A DNA stretch of 64,000 nt from Dehalococcoidia bacterium. Lineage in GTDB: Bacteria; Chloroflexota; Dehalococcoidia; Lucifugimonadales; UBA1123. Made by a program: the position numbers and the translations under genes. The stretch is taken from the NCBI GenBank assembly GCA_965197685.1, contig CBDANP010000006.1, positions 345,344-409,343 on the forward strand, read 5' to 3'. The notes beneath the pieces are model-generated. The model worked only from the letters and a program-made list of their open reading frames with translations. It was not told the origin of the DNA and did not search any database. Each line of letters opens with the position of its first letter. Position 1 is the first letter of the stretch. Below, one piece after another: positions 1-10,339 of the stretch.

Positions 1-12
1 TATCGTTGTGTC

Positions 13-452
13 ATGTTGCCAGAGTTCAACCAAGATGGCCTTCTGCCTCCAGGCGCTCATTGGGCCGGCTGGGAAGAATTGACTGATCGATGCGGGACCA
101 ATCCTCACAGGAGAGCGCTCCTGCTTGGACTACGAGCGGCCCTTGAGAGCCTGAAACACGCGGGCTGCCGGACCGCCTACATAGACGGCAGTTTCGTTAC
201 CGACAAGGAATATCCGAACGACTTCGATGCGTGCTGGGAGGAGAGCGGCGTCAATCCGTTCCAACTTGATCCTGCATTGCTGAAATTCGATCCGGGCAGG
301 GCTACGCAGAAGGCCATATCCCTGGGTGAGCTGTTTCCTGCGTCGGCCATGCGGATGTCGATGGCTTCTCGTTCATCGAATTCTACCAGATTGATAAGGA
401 TACCGGGAAGCCGAAGGGAGTCGTCGCCATAGACCTGGAGGAGTTGACATGA
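13..452 (+). pseudogene. Minimal nucleotidyltransferase-fold (Pol-beta/MNT-like) protein, frameshifted copy; putative TA-module component
   Basis: 78 of the first 110 residues are identical (hand count) to the intact paralog 41430..41870. Has the GS-x9-DxD signature (DGSFVTDKEYPNDFD). After ...GELFPAS (~nt 350) the homologous C-terminus (ADVDGFSFIEFYQIDKDTGKPKGVVAIDLEELT*) continues in the +1 frame to TGA 450-452, which overlaps the next ATG (ATGA). Confidence 0.6.
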
Positions 453-865
453 TAAAGAACGAGCGGCAGTACAGGATCACCAGGGCGCAGGCGGACCGAT
501 TTGAGCGGACACTCGCCGAACTCAGAAGAGACAATGGCGAGGACCAAGACATTCACCCGCTGATCGCGAAGGCGCACGAGGACGCCATATCCAGCCAACT
601 TGAGGACCTGAAGAGTGAACTCAGGGAGTATGAAGACCTGAGGGATGGTAAGTTCGACATGACCGAACTCGGGATGGTGTCCAGTCTGCCGGAGACACTC
701 ATCAAGGCACGGATAGCTCGGGGTATGAGTCAGAGAGAGCTGGCAGAGCGAATTGGATTGAAGGAGCAGCAGATACAGCGCTATGAGGCGACCGACTATG
801 CCTCGGCCAGCCTGTCTCGGATCAGGGAGGTCGTCAGCGGGTTGGGTGTGGGCACAGACGGATAG
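449..865 (+). CDS. XRE-family helix-turn-helix protein, antitoxin-like partner of the NTase
   Basis: Starts MIKNERQYRITRAQ (typical of HigA/XRE-type antitoxins). HTH segment ARIARGMSQRELAERIGLKEQQIQRYE. 4-nt ATGA overlap with the upstream gene. N-terminal 138 aa are paralogous to 40348..41433. Confidence 0.7.
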   Translation: MIKNERQYRITRAQADRFERTLAELRRDNGEDQDIHPLIAKAHEDAISSQLEDLKSELREYEDLRDGKFDMTELGMVSSLPETLIKARIARGMSQRELAERIGLKEQQIQRYEATDYASASLSRIREVVSGLGVGTDG

Positions 866-868
866 AAC

Positions 869-1264
869 TCATAACCCGAGGAAGCGCCGTATGCGACTAC
901 GAGTTCTGGCGACCATACGCGATATGGCGTCTTCCTTGGATTGAGACTGTCTCCACTGTTCGAAGCGAGAGCGCTTTTCGTGCTCGTGTCTCATATAATC
1001 AACCGCTGAGAGTCTTTCCCGGTCATACCGAGAGCGGCTCTCGGGTGTGGAAAGTACACGATAGGTCTCGTGTATTTCTCTGAAGCGGGCAGAAGATAGA
1101 GGATCCCCGCTGATGTCGGGATGGTACGCCTTGGCCAGTCTGCGATACGCCTTTCGAATGTCCTCCAGGGTGGCGTCGGCAGCCACGCCAAGTACGTCAT
1201 AGTAGCTGTGGTCGCTGTCCAGCATGGCCCTATCTGTCTCGTCGGTGAGTCCGAAGTAAATCAA
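869..1264 (-). CDS. J-domain (DnaJ-like) protein
   Basis: YYDVLGVAADATLEDIRKAYRRLAKAYHPDISGD...RYDRE includes the HPD tripeptide. The true start may be the internal Met at 1225 (MLDSDHSYYDVLGV). Confidence 0.75.
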   Translation of the reverse strand: MIYFGLTDETDRAMLDSDHSYYDVLGVAADATLEDIRKAYRRLAKAYHPDISGDPLSSARFREIHETYRVLSTPESRSRYDRERLSAVDYMRHEHEKRSRFEQWRQSQSKEDAISRMVARTRSRIRRFLGL

Positions 1265-1421
1265 TGATCAATGATAGATACGCAGCATCTTGGAGACAAG
1301 TTCGCCTGGGTCTGAGAGCGTGAATCTGGGGATGCGCGGGCTCGTGACTTCCAGGATGGAGAGAACGTCGTTGGTTCGCCCTGTAGCTTTTATATAAAGT
1401 TAGAAGAAAGGAAGTGGAGCG

Positions 1422-1646
1422 ATGGCGCATCCCACAGTACGGAAGACAGTCATCGGCATCGGATCGTTCTGGTTGGCCATACTTCTATTCGTGATAGTCC
1501 AATCGTCATTGAATGTCCCGGTAGTCGGCGTCAAGCCGGAAGCCACCCGGCTCACCCTGATGATGACGTTGCCCTTCACCGCGGGCGCGTCGGCTGCGAT
1601 CCTCGGCATCGCATACTGGACCAAGAAGAGACGCGGAACAAAATAG
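1422..1646 (+). CDS. Small predicted membrane protein (two hydrophobic segments)
   Basis: 74-aa ORF with two hydrophobic stretches and a basic tail (KKRRGTK). No recognisable family. Confidence 0.3.
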   Translation: MAHPTVRKTVIGIGSFWLAILLFVIVQSSLNVPVVGVKPEATRLTLMMTLPFTAGASAAILGIAYWTKKRRGTK

Positions 1647-1886
1647 GGCATTCTGTCTCGCAGGATGATCTGTCTGCGGTGAAGTCGCAGTCGATTGATC
1701 GGCAATCGTCAGATTTGCCGTGGGGCGACTCGGACGATTGTTGCCGAATTGAAGCGATCTCCTTGCGAAGACGTTGCCGAAGTCATGTTGGGCCTTAGTT
1801 AGGACGTTACTGAGGCCACGTGTCTTGCCGAAACAGAATCGTGTGGGCAAGCGCTGTGGAAAACGTGAACTCGTCGGGTGATGGAG

Positions 1887-2771
1887 TTATTCACCCTGAG
1901 GGGGCCACTGTCGGCGACGCAACTCCTCACGCAGTTCCTCAAGCTCCGCTTCAGCGGCATTCCGACGTTGCTCGCTCTCAACCGCGTCCACCAGGTAGCG
2001 CCCAGTATGATGCCCATTGCCCGAGGGCTCCTCAACGCTCAGTATCTTCCGAAGCTCCCTCACCTCCGATTCAAGAGCGCGGCGGAGGATTTCGTGCTCA
2101 GCGAAGTTGCGGAGCCACTCAGCCCTGGCAGGATTGTGAAACCTCAGTCTGCTGTCGGTCCAACGCTCTTCCAAAGACCAGCACAGGTCCAGGGACAGCA
2201 GCGGGCTGTGTCCTCGAACCATTCCGCCCGGTTCGGCGTTGATCGGCAGCCGTGTGTACTTGCCGGCCACGAGCTCCTCTCCCACGAGCGCTTCGCCATA
2301 CACCACCGCGCCCACCGTGGGATCAAGTCTCCAGTATTCTGAGATACCCAGGCGGGCGTACAAGTCTCGCTTGACGGTGAGGTCATTCTCAGGCGGACCG
2401 AGAGGTGGGAAGAAATGCTGTCCCGGAGGAGTCGCGACTTCCAGTACGAAGTCCGGCGCCTTGCCCACACGCCAGGTCTTGAACGCCGAGTCTGCCACGA
2501 TGGCGGCTGCGTCTACACTGAACGTTACATAGAAATCCGGCGCGACCCGCGCCTGCGGGTTGTTCATCTCGTAGTATATGTAGCTTCTTACACTGAACAG
2601 AATGTCGGGCGCGTCGTGGGAAAAGACGCCGTTGTAGTTGAGGACATAGGAGGTCTCGTGGACGATGTCCGACTCGCGGAAGGACTGGAATCTCGGTTTG
2701 TCGTCCATCTCCGGGTAGAAGATATCAGGGTTCTCTTCCGGCGGAATTGCGTAGTGTAGTATGTCAGCCAC
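1887..2771 (-). CDS. Uma2 family (DUF820) PD-(D/E)XK endonuclease with C-terminal coiled-coil tail
   Basis: Core APDFVLEVATP ... KRDLYARLGISEYWRLDP typical of Uma2/DUF820. C-terminus rich in heptad-like E/R/L. Confidence 0.7.
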   Translation of the reverse strand: MADILHYAIPPEENPDIFYPEMDDKPRFQSFRESDIVHETSYVLNYNGVFSHDAPDILFSVRSYIYYEMNNPQARVAPDFYVTFSVDAAAIVADSAFKTWRVGKAPDFVLEVATPPGQHFFPPLGPPENDLTVKRDLYARLGISEYWRLDPTVGAVVYGEALVGEELVAGKYTRLPINAEPGGMVRGHSPLLSLDLCWSLEERWTDSRLRFHNPARAEWLRNFAEHEILRRALESEVRELRKILSVEEPSGNGHHTGRYLVDAVESEQRRNAAEAELEELREELRRRQWPPQGE

Positions 2772-3587
2772 AAAGTTTCCCTTCGGAATTGACGGTCGAT
2801 GGATTCAGGTATATCAAGAAAGTGGGTGGATAGCCAATGCGACGATATATGTTGCACGGCAGTCCTCCTCATGGAAAGGCGACGTCCAACCTGTCCAGGG
2901 TGGGAGCCCCGTGATCTTCGCCCCAAAGGCGTTAGTGTGAGTGGGCCTCCACAGGCAAACGTGAGTCATTCGCTCCGTACGCCAGACTTGCTATCCATTA
3001 GGAAGGCCTAAAGTCACAGGAGGCAGAGACAATTGTGCGGAAACTATAAAACGACATGGCGTCGGGAGATCGCTCGCGAAATGGAACGGCATCGAGAATC
3101 GTTCGCTGACTGCGAAGGCGTCTCTCCCAGAGGTCCGGAGTGGCTGGACGCTGAATTCGACCCCTTTGATGGCATGGCCCCGCCGTTCTACCTGTGGACC
3201 GGCAGTCGCGTGTACTTCGTCGTATGTTACGATGCGGCCCAGTGTGTCGCATCCGTTCCTCGCAGCGTACTGGACGAAGAACCGACGTACTTCGGGGGCA
3301 GAGGGGGGCTCCTTTACCCACTGTGACACCGTGGAGAAACTCAAACCCCGCTCTCATGTGGGCCCAGCTCAGACTCGGCTGGCAAGGGGTCAGGGTCGTG
3401 CCGGCGAACATCCGGTGCGATACTCTCGGAAGCCCCGAAGCGCCTCTATCGGTCCCTTCGCATTCCTACAGGTAGTAGCCTCCGACATGTTCCTCCGTCT
3501 CGGCGTACGGCCAATCCATCGTTACGGTCTCTCCTCCCCTGCGGGTGACCGTCGTCGCCTGGAGCTGAAGCGCCTATGCGCCCGGCT

Positions 3588-4698
3588 TCAGGCCACCGCA
3601 ACCCGCCTTCCTTCGTCGCTGGATTGTCGGATGGCGTCTATAAGGCGATGCAGTCCCACGGCATGGTCGAAGTCGGGTACGCTGGGTACTACGCTGGCCG
3701 TACCCCGGATTGACGCTGCGAACTGGCTGTACAGCTGGCCCACGTTGTAGGCCGCTCCGCCGGGCATTTCCGGAGCGGGATGCAGTTCCGCCGCCGGCGT
3801 CCAGTCCCTGCAGATCATTGCTGCCGCCCCGAGCCCCTCGAATGCTCACCCGCTGCAACTGGGGCGAGTCCGCCGAAACCGCCACCAGCGTCCCCTCTTC
3901 GCCGTAGATTTCCATCCGGTAGCCGCTGCCCGCCCAGGCGACGCTGCCAATCTGCACAGACGCCACGCCGCCACTCTGAAGGTTGCCGCTGACCAGCACG
4001 TTGTCAGGCGACGTAACCGGCAGGTCCCGCCCGGTGTCCGTCTCGCGCCAGGTGGTGGCCTGGGCGCTGACCACGGTAGCCACGTCCGCGAACTCGCCCA
4101 CCACGCTGCACAGCGCGTCAATGGTATGCCCGCAGGCGATTGTCAGCGTATGCGCCCCCAGATCATCCTCCCGCTGCCAGGTCCTGCCCGAATCCCGCGA
4201 CAGCGCTCCCTCGCGCATCAGCCGCACATGACAGGTCATCACCCGGCCCACATACCCATCGGCCACCAGATTTCGCAGGTGGACGATGGCGGGATTGGCG
4301 CGCGCCTGCAGACCCACTGCCGTCCCGACGCCTTGCCGCCGGGCCGCTTCAGCCATCTCGACGGCCTCGGCGGTGGTGCGACCCAGCGGCCACTCGGTGA
4401 AGGTGTGCTTGCCGGACCGCAGCGACGCCATGGTCGGCTCGTAGTGTAATGGCACCCGCAGCGAGATGGTGGCGGCCTCGATGTCGGCATCGGACAGCAT
4501 CCGGTTGTAGTCATTCCACGCGCCGTCCGCGTTGTATGCCGCCATCGCCTCGTCCGCCGACTCCTGTCGCGTGGTGCAGACGGCTGCCAGGTCGAAATGT
4601 GGGTGCGCCGCCAACGCCGGCAGGTGCGCCCGTGGCGACCAACCCTGGTGAATATTCGCCCCAATCAGTCCAATACGAATCGGCTGCTGCGTAGTCAT
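3588..4698 (-). pseudogene. Gfo/Idh/MocA family NAD(P)-dependent oxidoreductase, frame break near 3795-3830
   Basis: N-terminus IRIGLIGANIHQGW ... TFTEWPL Rossmann pattern. The family-like C-terminus (AAYNVGQLYSQFAASIRG...PDFDHAVGLHRLIDAI) is only readable in ORF 3588..3818, a different frame from ORF 3574..4698. The switch lies in a GC-rich cggcggcgg stretch. Confidence 0.7.
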
Positions 4699-4799
4699 GC
4701 TTCACCTCCTGAACCGTGTCCAGACGTCGCGTCGTCTATAATCGCGGCTATCGTACTTAGGATCTCTTAATTTTAGAAGGGTCTTGTGTTAATAGTGAC

Positions 4800-5039
4800 C
4801 TGCATTCGACCCTGTTCCGTGTCGATGTTCAGCGGTGGCTCCCGGTGGGAGCCGGCCTCTCCGGTCCCCGCCATCGTCGACCATTCAGGCACAGGATACC
4901 CCGCCAGGGGTGCCGCGGGAAGGGATGCTGATACAGATAGACGGCAGCCATCACAGGTGGTAGGAGGATTGGGGACCGCAGTTCACGCTGCCGCTGGCGG
5001 TCTCGGCCGAACTGGCATGTGAATCGCAATAGGTTCGCA
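4800..5039 (+). pseudogene. Relic of an rve-type (ISNCY/IS481-like) transposase gene, truncated by the IS1182-family element
   Basis: Translation ...PPGVPREGMLIQIDGSHHRW*EDWGPQFTLPLAV... parallels residues ...RQRMPSEGMLIQIDGSYHRWLGDDGPRFMLLLAV of the intact transposase 7366..8853. Contains an in-frame stop and ends at the IS boundary. Confidence 0.55.
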
Positions 5040-6609
5040 CTAGGAGCCTGTCCGAGTAATACCGTTGGCGAGCTATTGTGGGTATGATGATGGGACTACC
5101 AAGCATGTGGAGCCACCGATGAGCAAGACATACCGTTCCTACGATCCGAACCAGCAGTTTCTGCTTCCGGTAGCAATGCAGGAGTGGCTGCCTCCGGACC
5201 ATCTGTCGTACTTCATCTCCGACATCGTGGATCATCTGGACCTGTCCGCGATCACATCCGTGTACGAGCGGGAGAGTCGAGGCGGCCCGCCCTATCACCC
5301 CCGGATGATGGTCAAGGTATTGCTCTACGGCTACTGTATCGGGGTTGCCTCCTCGCGGCGGATCGCCCAGCGTCTGTGCGAGGACATCGCGTTTCGGGTA
5401 CTTTCGGCCAACAACACGCCGGACTTCAGGACCATATCCGACTTTCGCAAGGATCACCTGTCTGAGTTGTCTGAGCTGTTCCTGCAGGTGCTGGTTCTGT
5501 GCCAGCGGGCGGGTCTGGTCAAGCTGGGACACGTGTCGTTGGACGGGACGAAGGTCAAGGCGAACGCATCGAAGCATAAGGCGATGAGTTACGGACGCAT
5601 GAAGGAGAAGTCGGCTCAGTTGGAGTCTGAGGTGGATGAGTTGCTGCGACGAGCTTGTGAGGTGGATGAGGAGGAAGACCGGCGATACGGCGGGGAGAAG
5701 CGGGGAGACGAGTTGCCTGCGGAGCTGTCCTTTCGTGAAGGTCGGCTGAAGAAGATACGGGAGGCGATGTCTGCGCTGGAAGCGGAGGCTCAGGCTGACG
5801 CGGAGCGGGCGGAGGCTGCGGGTCGTAAGCGTCCGGGTGTTCCGGACGAGAGGGCGCAGCGCAATTTCACCGACGCCGAATCGCGTATCATGCCCGCCCC
5901 CGGAGGTCGGGCATTCGTTCAGGCATACAACTGCCAGGCGGTGGTGGACAGCGCAAACCAGGTGATAGTGGCGGCGCGCGCGACCAACCAGTCCTCGGAC
6001 AAGCGTCAGGCGGCAGTCATGATGGAGGAGACCATAGCCAACTCAGGCGCAGTTCTCCGTGAGTTATCCGCAGACGCGGGCTACTACTCGGCAGAGGCGG
6101 TTGAGAACATTCACGCGCTGGGAGTGGAGCCGTTCATAGCTCCTGAGAAGACGCGCCATGGCAGGGTGGCGCCGCCCGCTCCCCGGGGTCGAATACCCAG
6201 ACATCTGTCGGCCAGAGACCGGATGCGCCGCAAGCTGCGGACGAAGCGTGGCAGAGAGCGTTACGCCTTGCGGATGGGAACAGTGGAACCTGTATTCGGA
6301 CAGGTCAAGCAGTGTCGGGGCTTTCGGCAATTCTTGCTGCGGGGTCTGGACAAGGTGAACGGCGAGTGGCTACTGATCTGCATGGGCCATAACCTTCTGA
6401 AGCTGTTCAGGTCTGGGGTCAGGCCGCCCGCCAGAGCGCGGCTGAAACGACCCGCCGCAAGCGCAAGTAACCCGTCTGAGGTGACGAGCGGAACGATGTT
6501 CGAGAAACAATCTGGACGCTTAACTCTACGAGCGGCAAAGATAGTTGTCGCCGTCCACTGCTTGGACCATACCCCATAATCAATCACCTATACTCGGACA
6601 GGCTCCTAG
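5040..6609 (+). mobile_element. IS1182-family insertion sequence
   Basis: Perfect 19-bp terminal inverted repeats CTAGGAGCCTGTCCGAGTA (5040..5058) / TACTCGGACAGGCTCCTAG (6591..6609) bracket the transposase ORF. No target-site duplication seen. Confidence 0.8.
5119..6579 (+). CDS. IS1182-family DDE transposase
   Basis: MSKTYRSYDPNQQFLLPVAMQEWLPPDHLSYFI...GGPPYHPRMMVKVLLYGYCIGVASSRRIAQ...DFRTISDFRKDHL is the characteristic N-terminal pattern. ATG at 5119 chosen over the longer ORF start at 5065. Confidence 0.85.
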   Translation: MSKTYRSYDPNQQFLLPVAMQEWLPPDHLSYFISDIVDHLDLSAITSVYERESRGGPPYHPRMMVKVLLYGYCIGVASSRRIAQRLCEDIAFRVLSANNTPDFRTISDFRKDHLSELSELFLQVLVLCQRAGLVKLGHVSLDGTKVKANASKHKAMSYGRMKEKSAQLESEVDELLRRACEVDEEEDRRYGGEKRGDELPAELSFREGRLKKIREAMSALEAEAQADAERAEAAGRKRPGVPDERAQRNFTDAESRIMPAPGGRAFVQAYNCQAVVDSANQVIVAARATNQSSDKRQAAVMMEETIANSGAVLRELSADAGYYSAEAVENIHALGVEPFIAPEKTRHGRVAPPAPRGRIPRHLSARDRMRRKLRTKRGRERYALRMGTVEPVFGQVKQCRGFRQFLLRGLDKVNGEWLLICMGHNLLKLFRSGVRPPARARLKRPAASASNPSEVTSGTMFEKQSGRLTLRAAKIVVAVHCLDHTP

Positions 6610-6786
6610 GGAGCTGGCGGCATTTTTGAACCGGGAGGATGTCGGGGCGCGTAGCCGTTCTTCGCATTCACCAGCGACTCATCCTCCACCCTCCGCGCCA
6701 GCACTCTGCGACGTGTTCGATGGCGCCCCTGTTCCCAGCCACTCCTCCTTACCGTCTTCTCCAGACTCGACTCGCTAATCAATCAC
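6610..6786 (+). pseudogene. 3'-terminal relic of an IS66-family element (transposase C-terminus plus terminal repeat)
   Basis: Encodes ...ALCDVFDGAPVPSHS, matching the C-termini AVCDVFRGAPVPSRSL / ALCDVFGGGPVPSRSS of the three intact copies. Ends in CGCTAATCAATCAC, compare CGCTAATCAATTAC. Confidence 0.5.
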
Positions 6787-7290
6787 CTTCATCCAACCGA
6801 ATATAGACTCCACACGCTTCATACCCTTCTGACTCGCCTGGTATCCGGCATGATGGTAGGTAGAGCGCAAGTGCAGACAGGTTAGGACGACACTGGATTC
6901 CGTTTCCTTCGATTCCCAGGCCATAGTTGCGAAGCCATGCGGGGAACCAGAGGCAGCTCCGTTCGATCATGTGATTGAAACATCGAACCGCCAAGGAAAA
7001 CGGCACAGACCCCGCCGGAAGGCCGCGGAGGTTATGCAAAATAACCTCAGGCGTCCAGCCGAATTTTGCTCAATTCCAGCTACGCGGGTAAACTCGTGAC
7101 ACATTCCCTATCGTTGGAGCATCTGGCAACGAAAAGGAACCCGTCTTTGCATTCCTCTGTAGAAACAGGAGCATAACCGATATGATTGCCCAAGCAATTG
7201 AGCGAATCAAAAGCACCTTACGCTCGAGTGTCCTGGATGAATCCGCCACCAAGCAGGGAGTAGTGCTCAAGCTCCTCAGCCTTGCCGGAT

Positions 7291-8928
7291 TGTCGAAGTT
7301 CAGGATAAATGTCAGGGTAAGTGACCAGCAAGAATGTCACCTGCTTGGGTCGCCATGGTATCAGACTACGTTGCTTCCACCTTTCTCCGAGAGGGCGTCA
7401 TCGGTGGACTCTCAGCTTTCAGGTACTTTTTCACCGTATTCCTGTGGACCCCCGTCTCCCGGGTGATGCCTCTGATCGATAGGCCCTTGCGCTTCGCTGC
7501 GTGAACCGCCTCCCACCTTGCTACCTGCTTCGGAGTGGGCTTCCTTGGCAGGGGCGCCGCTTTCTTTCGTTCCCTATAGACGGCTTCGCGGTCGCTCTCT
7601 TCCGCTCTCTCCCTGTCGAGCGCTGCCAGAACCGTCGCCCACCGACTGCCCAAGCCGTTATGGTCCGGCGGTGCATGTGAAGAGTGTCCGTTGACACTGC
7701 GCAGGATGTTCGGATGGGACGGAGCCTCCTGGCTGGGGATGATCTGACCTTCATGTTCAACGACCAGCTCACCGTCCAGTCCCTCGAGCACGTCCACCTT
7801 CGATCCAGCGTAGGTCGGTCGCTCCGTGCCGGGCAGCAGCTGAAGCGTACTCTGTCGGTACTTCACGGTGTTGTCCTTTGCCACCTTGCGACTGTGCCTG
7901 AAGCACAGCGCCCGATCCAGGCATGTCTCTTCGTCCACTGGACGGTAGGCGACTTCAGGTTCCCGCGCCGGTACGCCGAAGCGCTCGTTGAAGGAGTCGA
8001 TGAAGGCCTCCAGAACGATCTTGGCGTCTTCGATGGTGGTCGCGCCCGCGAGTCGAAGCTCGGTTACAAGTCTGTCCTGGAAGGTTCCAGCCACTCTCTC
8101 CACACGGCCCTTGGCCTGAGGAGACAGCGCAAAGATCATCTGTATCCCAAGCTCGTCCATCGCGCGACTGAACTGGGTTGGAGCGCTCGGCAGTCCGCCC
8201 CCGGGTACATGCTTGAAGACGGAGTGTCGGTCTGTGTACAGGGCGATGGGTATCCCATAACGCTGGATCAGACCCCGCATCAGCAGGAAGTAGTCTCGTG
8301 TGTTCTCATACTCACAGAACAGGGCGCTTGCCACCCTGCCCGTGGCGTCGTCCACAGCCAGAAGCAGCATGAACCGAGGTCCATCGTCTCCGAGCCACCT
8401 GTGGTAGCTGCCGTCTATCTGTATCAGCATCCCCTCGCTCGGCATACGCTGCCGACGAACACGATGCTTCGGCGGGCGGCGGCGGCGCGGACTGTTCACT
8501 CCGGCTTCAACCAGTATCCGTCGCAGCGTGCTGCGAGCTATGTCTATACCCTCACGTTCTCTCAGCAACTCGCTCAGGTGGGTGTGGTTGGTTCCTGAGT
8601 ACCGGGTCCGAGCGAGACGCAGCACTTCGGCCTTTGTCTTCTCTGGTGTTGTGTTGGGAGCTCTGCGTCCTCGGTGGCTGTGAGCGAGTGCGGCTGCGCC
8701 ATCCTTTCTGTAAGCCGCCAGAAGTCGCCAAGTGTGGCGCGCGCTCACTCCCATCAGAGTAGCTGCCTGATCTATCGCCATATGCTCCGCCAATAGACTA
8801 TTGAGGATCTGAAGTCTTGTCTGTTCCCGTTGGTTCAACGTCACGTTCTCCATTGTGACATTGTTGCTGAACAGTTAGGTCATGACATTTATGGTGAGCA
8901 ACAACAGCCGGATGGGACACTTTCGACA
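7291..8928 (-). mobile_element. rve-type IS (ISNCY/IS1202-like); boundaries approximate
   Basis: Termini TGTCGAA (7291..7297) / TTCGACA (8922..8928), with repeated subterminal ATAAATGTCA and AATGTCAC motifs at both ends. Boundaries are supported by in-frame restoration of the split host gene. No clear TSD. Confidence 0.55.
7366..8853 (-). CDS. Integrase-core (rve) DDE transposase, ISNCY-like, with extra C-terminal HTH
   Basis: N-terminal HTH (LNQREQTRLQILNSLL...AATLMGVSARHTWRLLAAYRKDGAAALAHSHRGR). DDE core (MLIQIDGSYHRW...LYTDRHSVF...QAKGRVERVAGTFQDRL). C-terminal KRKGLSIRGITRETGVHRNTVKKYL. Confidence 0.8.
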   Translation of the reverse strand: MENVTLNQREQTRLQILNSLLAEHMAIDQAATLMGVSARHTWRLLAAYRKDGAAALAHSHRGRRAPNTTPEKTKAEVLRLARTRYSGTNHTHLSELLREREGIDIARSTLRRILVEAGVNSPRRRRPPKHRVRRQRMPSEGMLIQIDGSYHRWLGDDGPRFMLLLAVDDATGRVASALFCEYENTRDYFLLMRGLIQRYGIPIALYTDRHSVFKHVPGGGLPSAPTQFSRAMDELGIQMIFALSPQAKGRVERVAGTFQDRLVTELRLAGATTIEDAKIVLEAFIDSFNERFGVPAREPEVAYRPVDEETCLDRALCFRHSRKVAKDNTVKYRQSTLQLLPGTERPTYAGSKVDVLEGLDGELVVEHEGQIIPSQEAPSHPNILRSVNGHSSHAPPDHNGLGSRWATVLAALDRERAEESDREAVYRERKKAAPLPRKPTPKQVARWEAVHAAKRKGLSIRGITRETGVHRNTVKKYLKAESPPMTPSRRKVEAT

Positions 8929-10141
8929 TTTCGCAGGTTGTTCCCGAATATACGGTTGGAAGCCGCCGCGTCGATTACGCGCTCAGGCCAGGCTCACCCA
9001 ACGCCGTATTCATCGAGGTCAAACGCCCCAGCGAAAATCTGGAACGACATCAACAGCAGCTATTGGAGTATTGCTTTCAAGAAGGGGTAAAACTGGCCGT
9101 ATTAACCAACGGGCGGACCTGGCGGCTCTATGTCCCCTTGCAAGCGGGAAGTTGGGAACAGAGACGGTTCTTGACCATCGACCTTGAGGACCAGGAACCA
9201 AACATCGTGGAACAGCGGTTCATAGAATATCTTTCTCTGGAAAGGGTGAGTAGTGGACAGGCGGTAAGCGCTGCCGAAGATTTGGTCAAATCGCAACAGC
9301 GAGCCGAAATTATCGACGAAACCCTTGTCACGGCTTGGAAGCAAATCGTCGAAACTCCCGATGAACTCCTGGTTGACTTAATCTCAGAAACTACTGAGCG
9401 CATTTGCGGGTTTAAGCCGGAGCCAGAGTTAGTTGAGCAATTTCTGGCAGGGCGCGCTCATGCCCTAACTGACGCACTTGAGGGGAGTCCCCCGCTGGTG
9501 GTGCCTCGGGAAACCAACGCGCCTCCAGCGAACCGAAAGCACAAAAAAGGGAAGGGCCCCACCCTTCCGATCACTCTGGATCCGCAGAACTCCGCAGACT
9601 TCTTAGACGCCTTGCTACGCACTAGGGAAGCGTGGCTTGAAGTGTCATACAGCGATGGCCGCAGAGAGGTTCACCGCTGGGATGCCTCACGCATGAGTGC
9701 ATCATCGAATGTGATCGGCAACCTGAGAAGCAGGTCGGAGTTTCGAAGCGGAACCTGGCTGAAAAATGGGATCACCAGCCTACGGGTGAGCATTGAACGT
9801 CCGAGAACCAAAGACGCATGATGTCACTATCCTGCAACTCCAGTGTGGCAACAGTAGGCGTCCAGCTTTGTATCGACTGAAATGGAAGACCCTGTGAGCG
9901 AGACCTCGACAAAACGGAAAGCGGAACTCAGCCTTTGAAGTTGGCAGCTGGCTCTCGTTGACATGATAAAAGGAGTGCGAACCCTATCAGCTCCGTGTGG
10001 TAGGGTAACTACCTTGTAAACGACATCGGGCGGCGAGTGTGGGACGACAATGTTCAGGATCGGCAAGACGTCCTGACCGGACTTGCAGGTCCCAAACCTG
10101 TCTATCAATAATGAAAAGTTCCTGCGAAGCGCCAGCCTTCC

Positions 10142-10339
10142 TTACTCGTCATCCGAGGACGGCCAGTTCTCTACACCGTCTCCGTCGAAATCTGATATGA
10201 GAATCTCCTTTGGCGGCGGCTTGTAATAATCTCCGCCGAGCGGCTCGCCTTCCATAAGCGTGATTGCCATACCGAGTAGGGTAAGCATCGCCCACATTAG
10301 CGTCTTTAGGGCGATATTCCAGCCTTCTCTATTCGTCAT
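10142..10339 (-). CDS. Small hypothetical protein with one hydrophobic helix
   Basis: 65-aa ORF. GAGGAAG directly upstream of the ATG. Overlaps the upstream small ORF by 11 nt. Segment LMWAMLTLLGMAITL is hydrophobic. Acidic C-terminus. Confidence 0.3.
   Translation of the reverse strand: MTNREGWNIALKTLMWAMLTLLGMAITLMEGEPLGGDYYKPPPKEILISDFDGDGVENWPSSDDE

Larger units (their letters stand above)
7182..9821 (+). pseudogene. HsdR_N-like (PD-(D/E)XK) nuclease-domain protein gene, interrupted by an IS
   Basis: Joining 7290 to 8929 restores one frame: MIAQAIERIKSTLRSSVLDESATKQGVVLKLLSLAG|FSQVVPEYTVGSRRVDYALRPGSPNAVFIEVKRPSENLERHQQQLLEYCFQEGVKLAVLTNGRTWRLY... This is the D...E-V-K...LTNG pattern of type I HsdR N-terminal/Mrr-like domains. 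Confidence 0.55.

Noticed and set aside
6577-6788. 13-mer TAATCAATCACCT present at 6577..6589 (inside the IS1182-family element) and 6776..6788 (IS66 relic end).
   Set aside because: For a 64-kb window, on the order of tens of shared 13-mers are expected by chance on both strands. The flanks do not extend the match, so no structural meaning is claimed.
6800-7040. Minus-strand ORF (86 aa) with faint resemblance to the C-terminus of rve/IS3-type transposases (…FNHMIERSCLWFPAWLRNYG…).
   Set aside because: The similarity is too weak and short to call without a profile search. It is mentioned only as a possible further IS relic.
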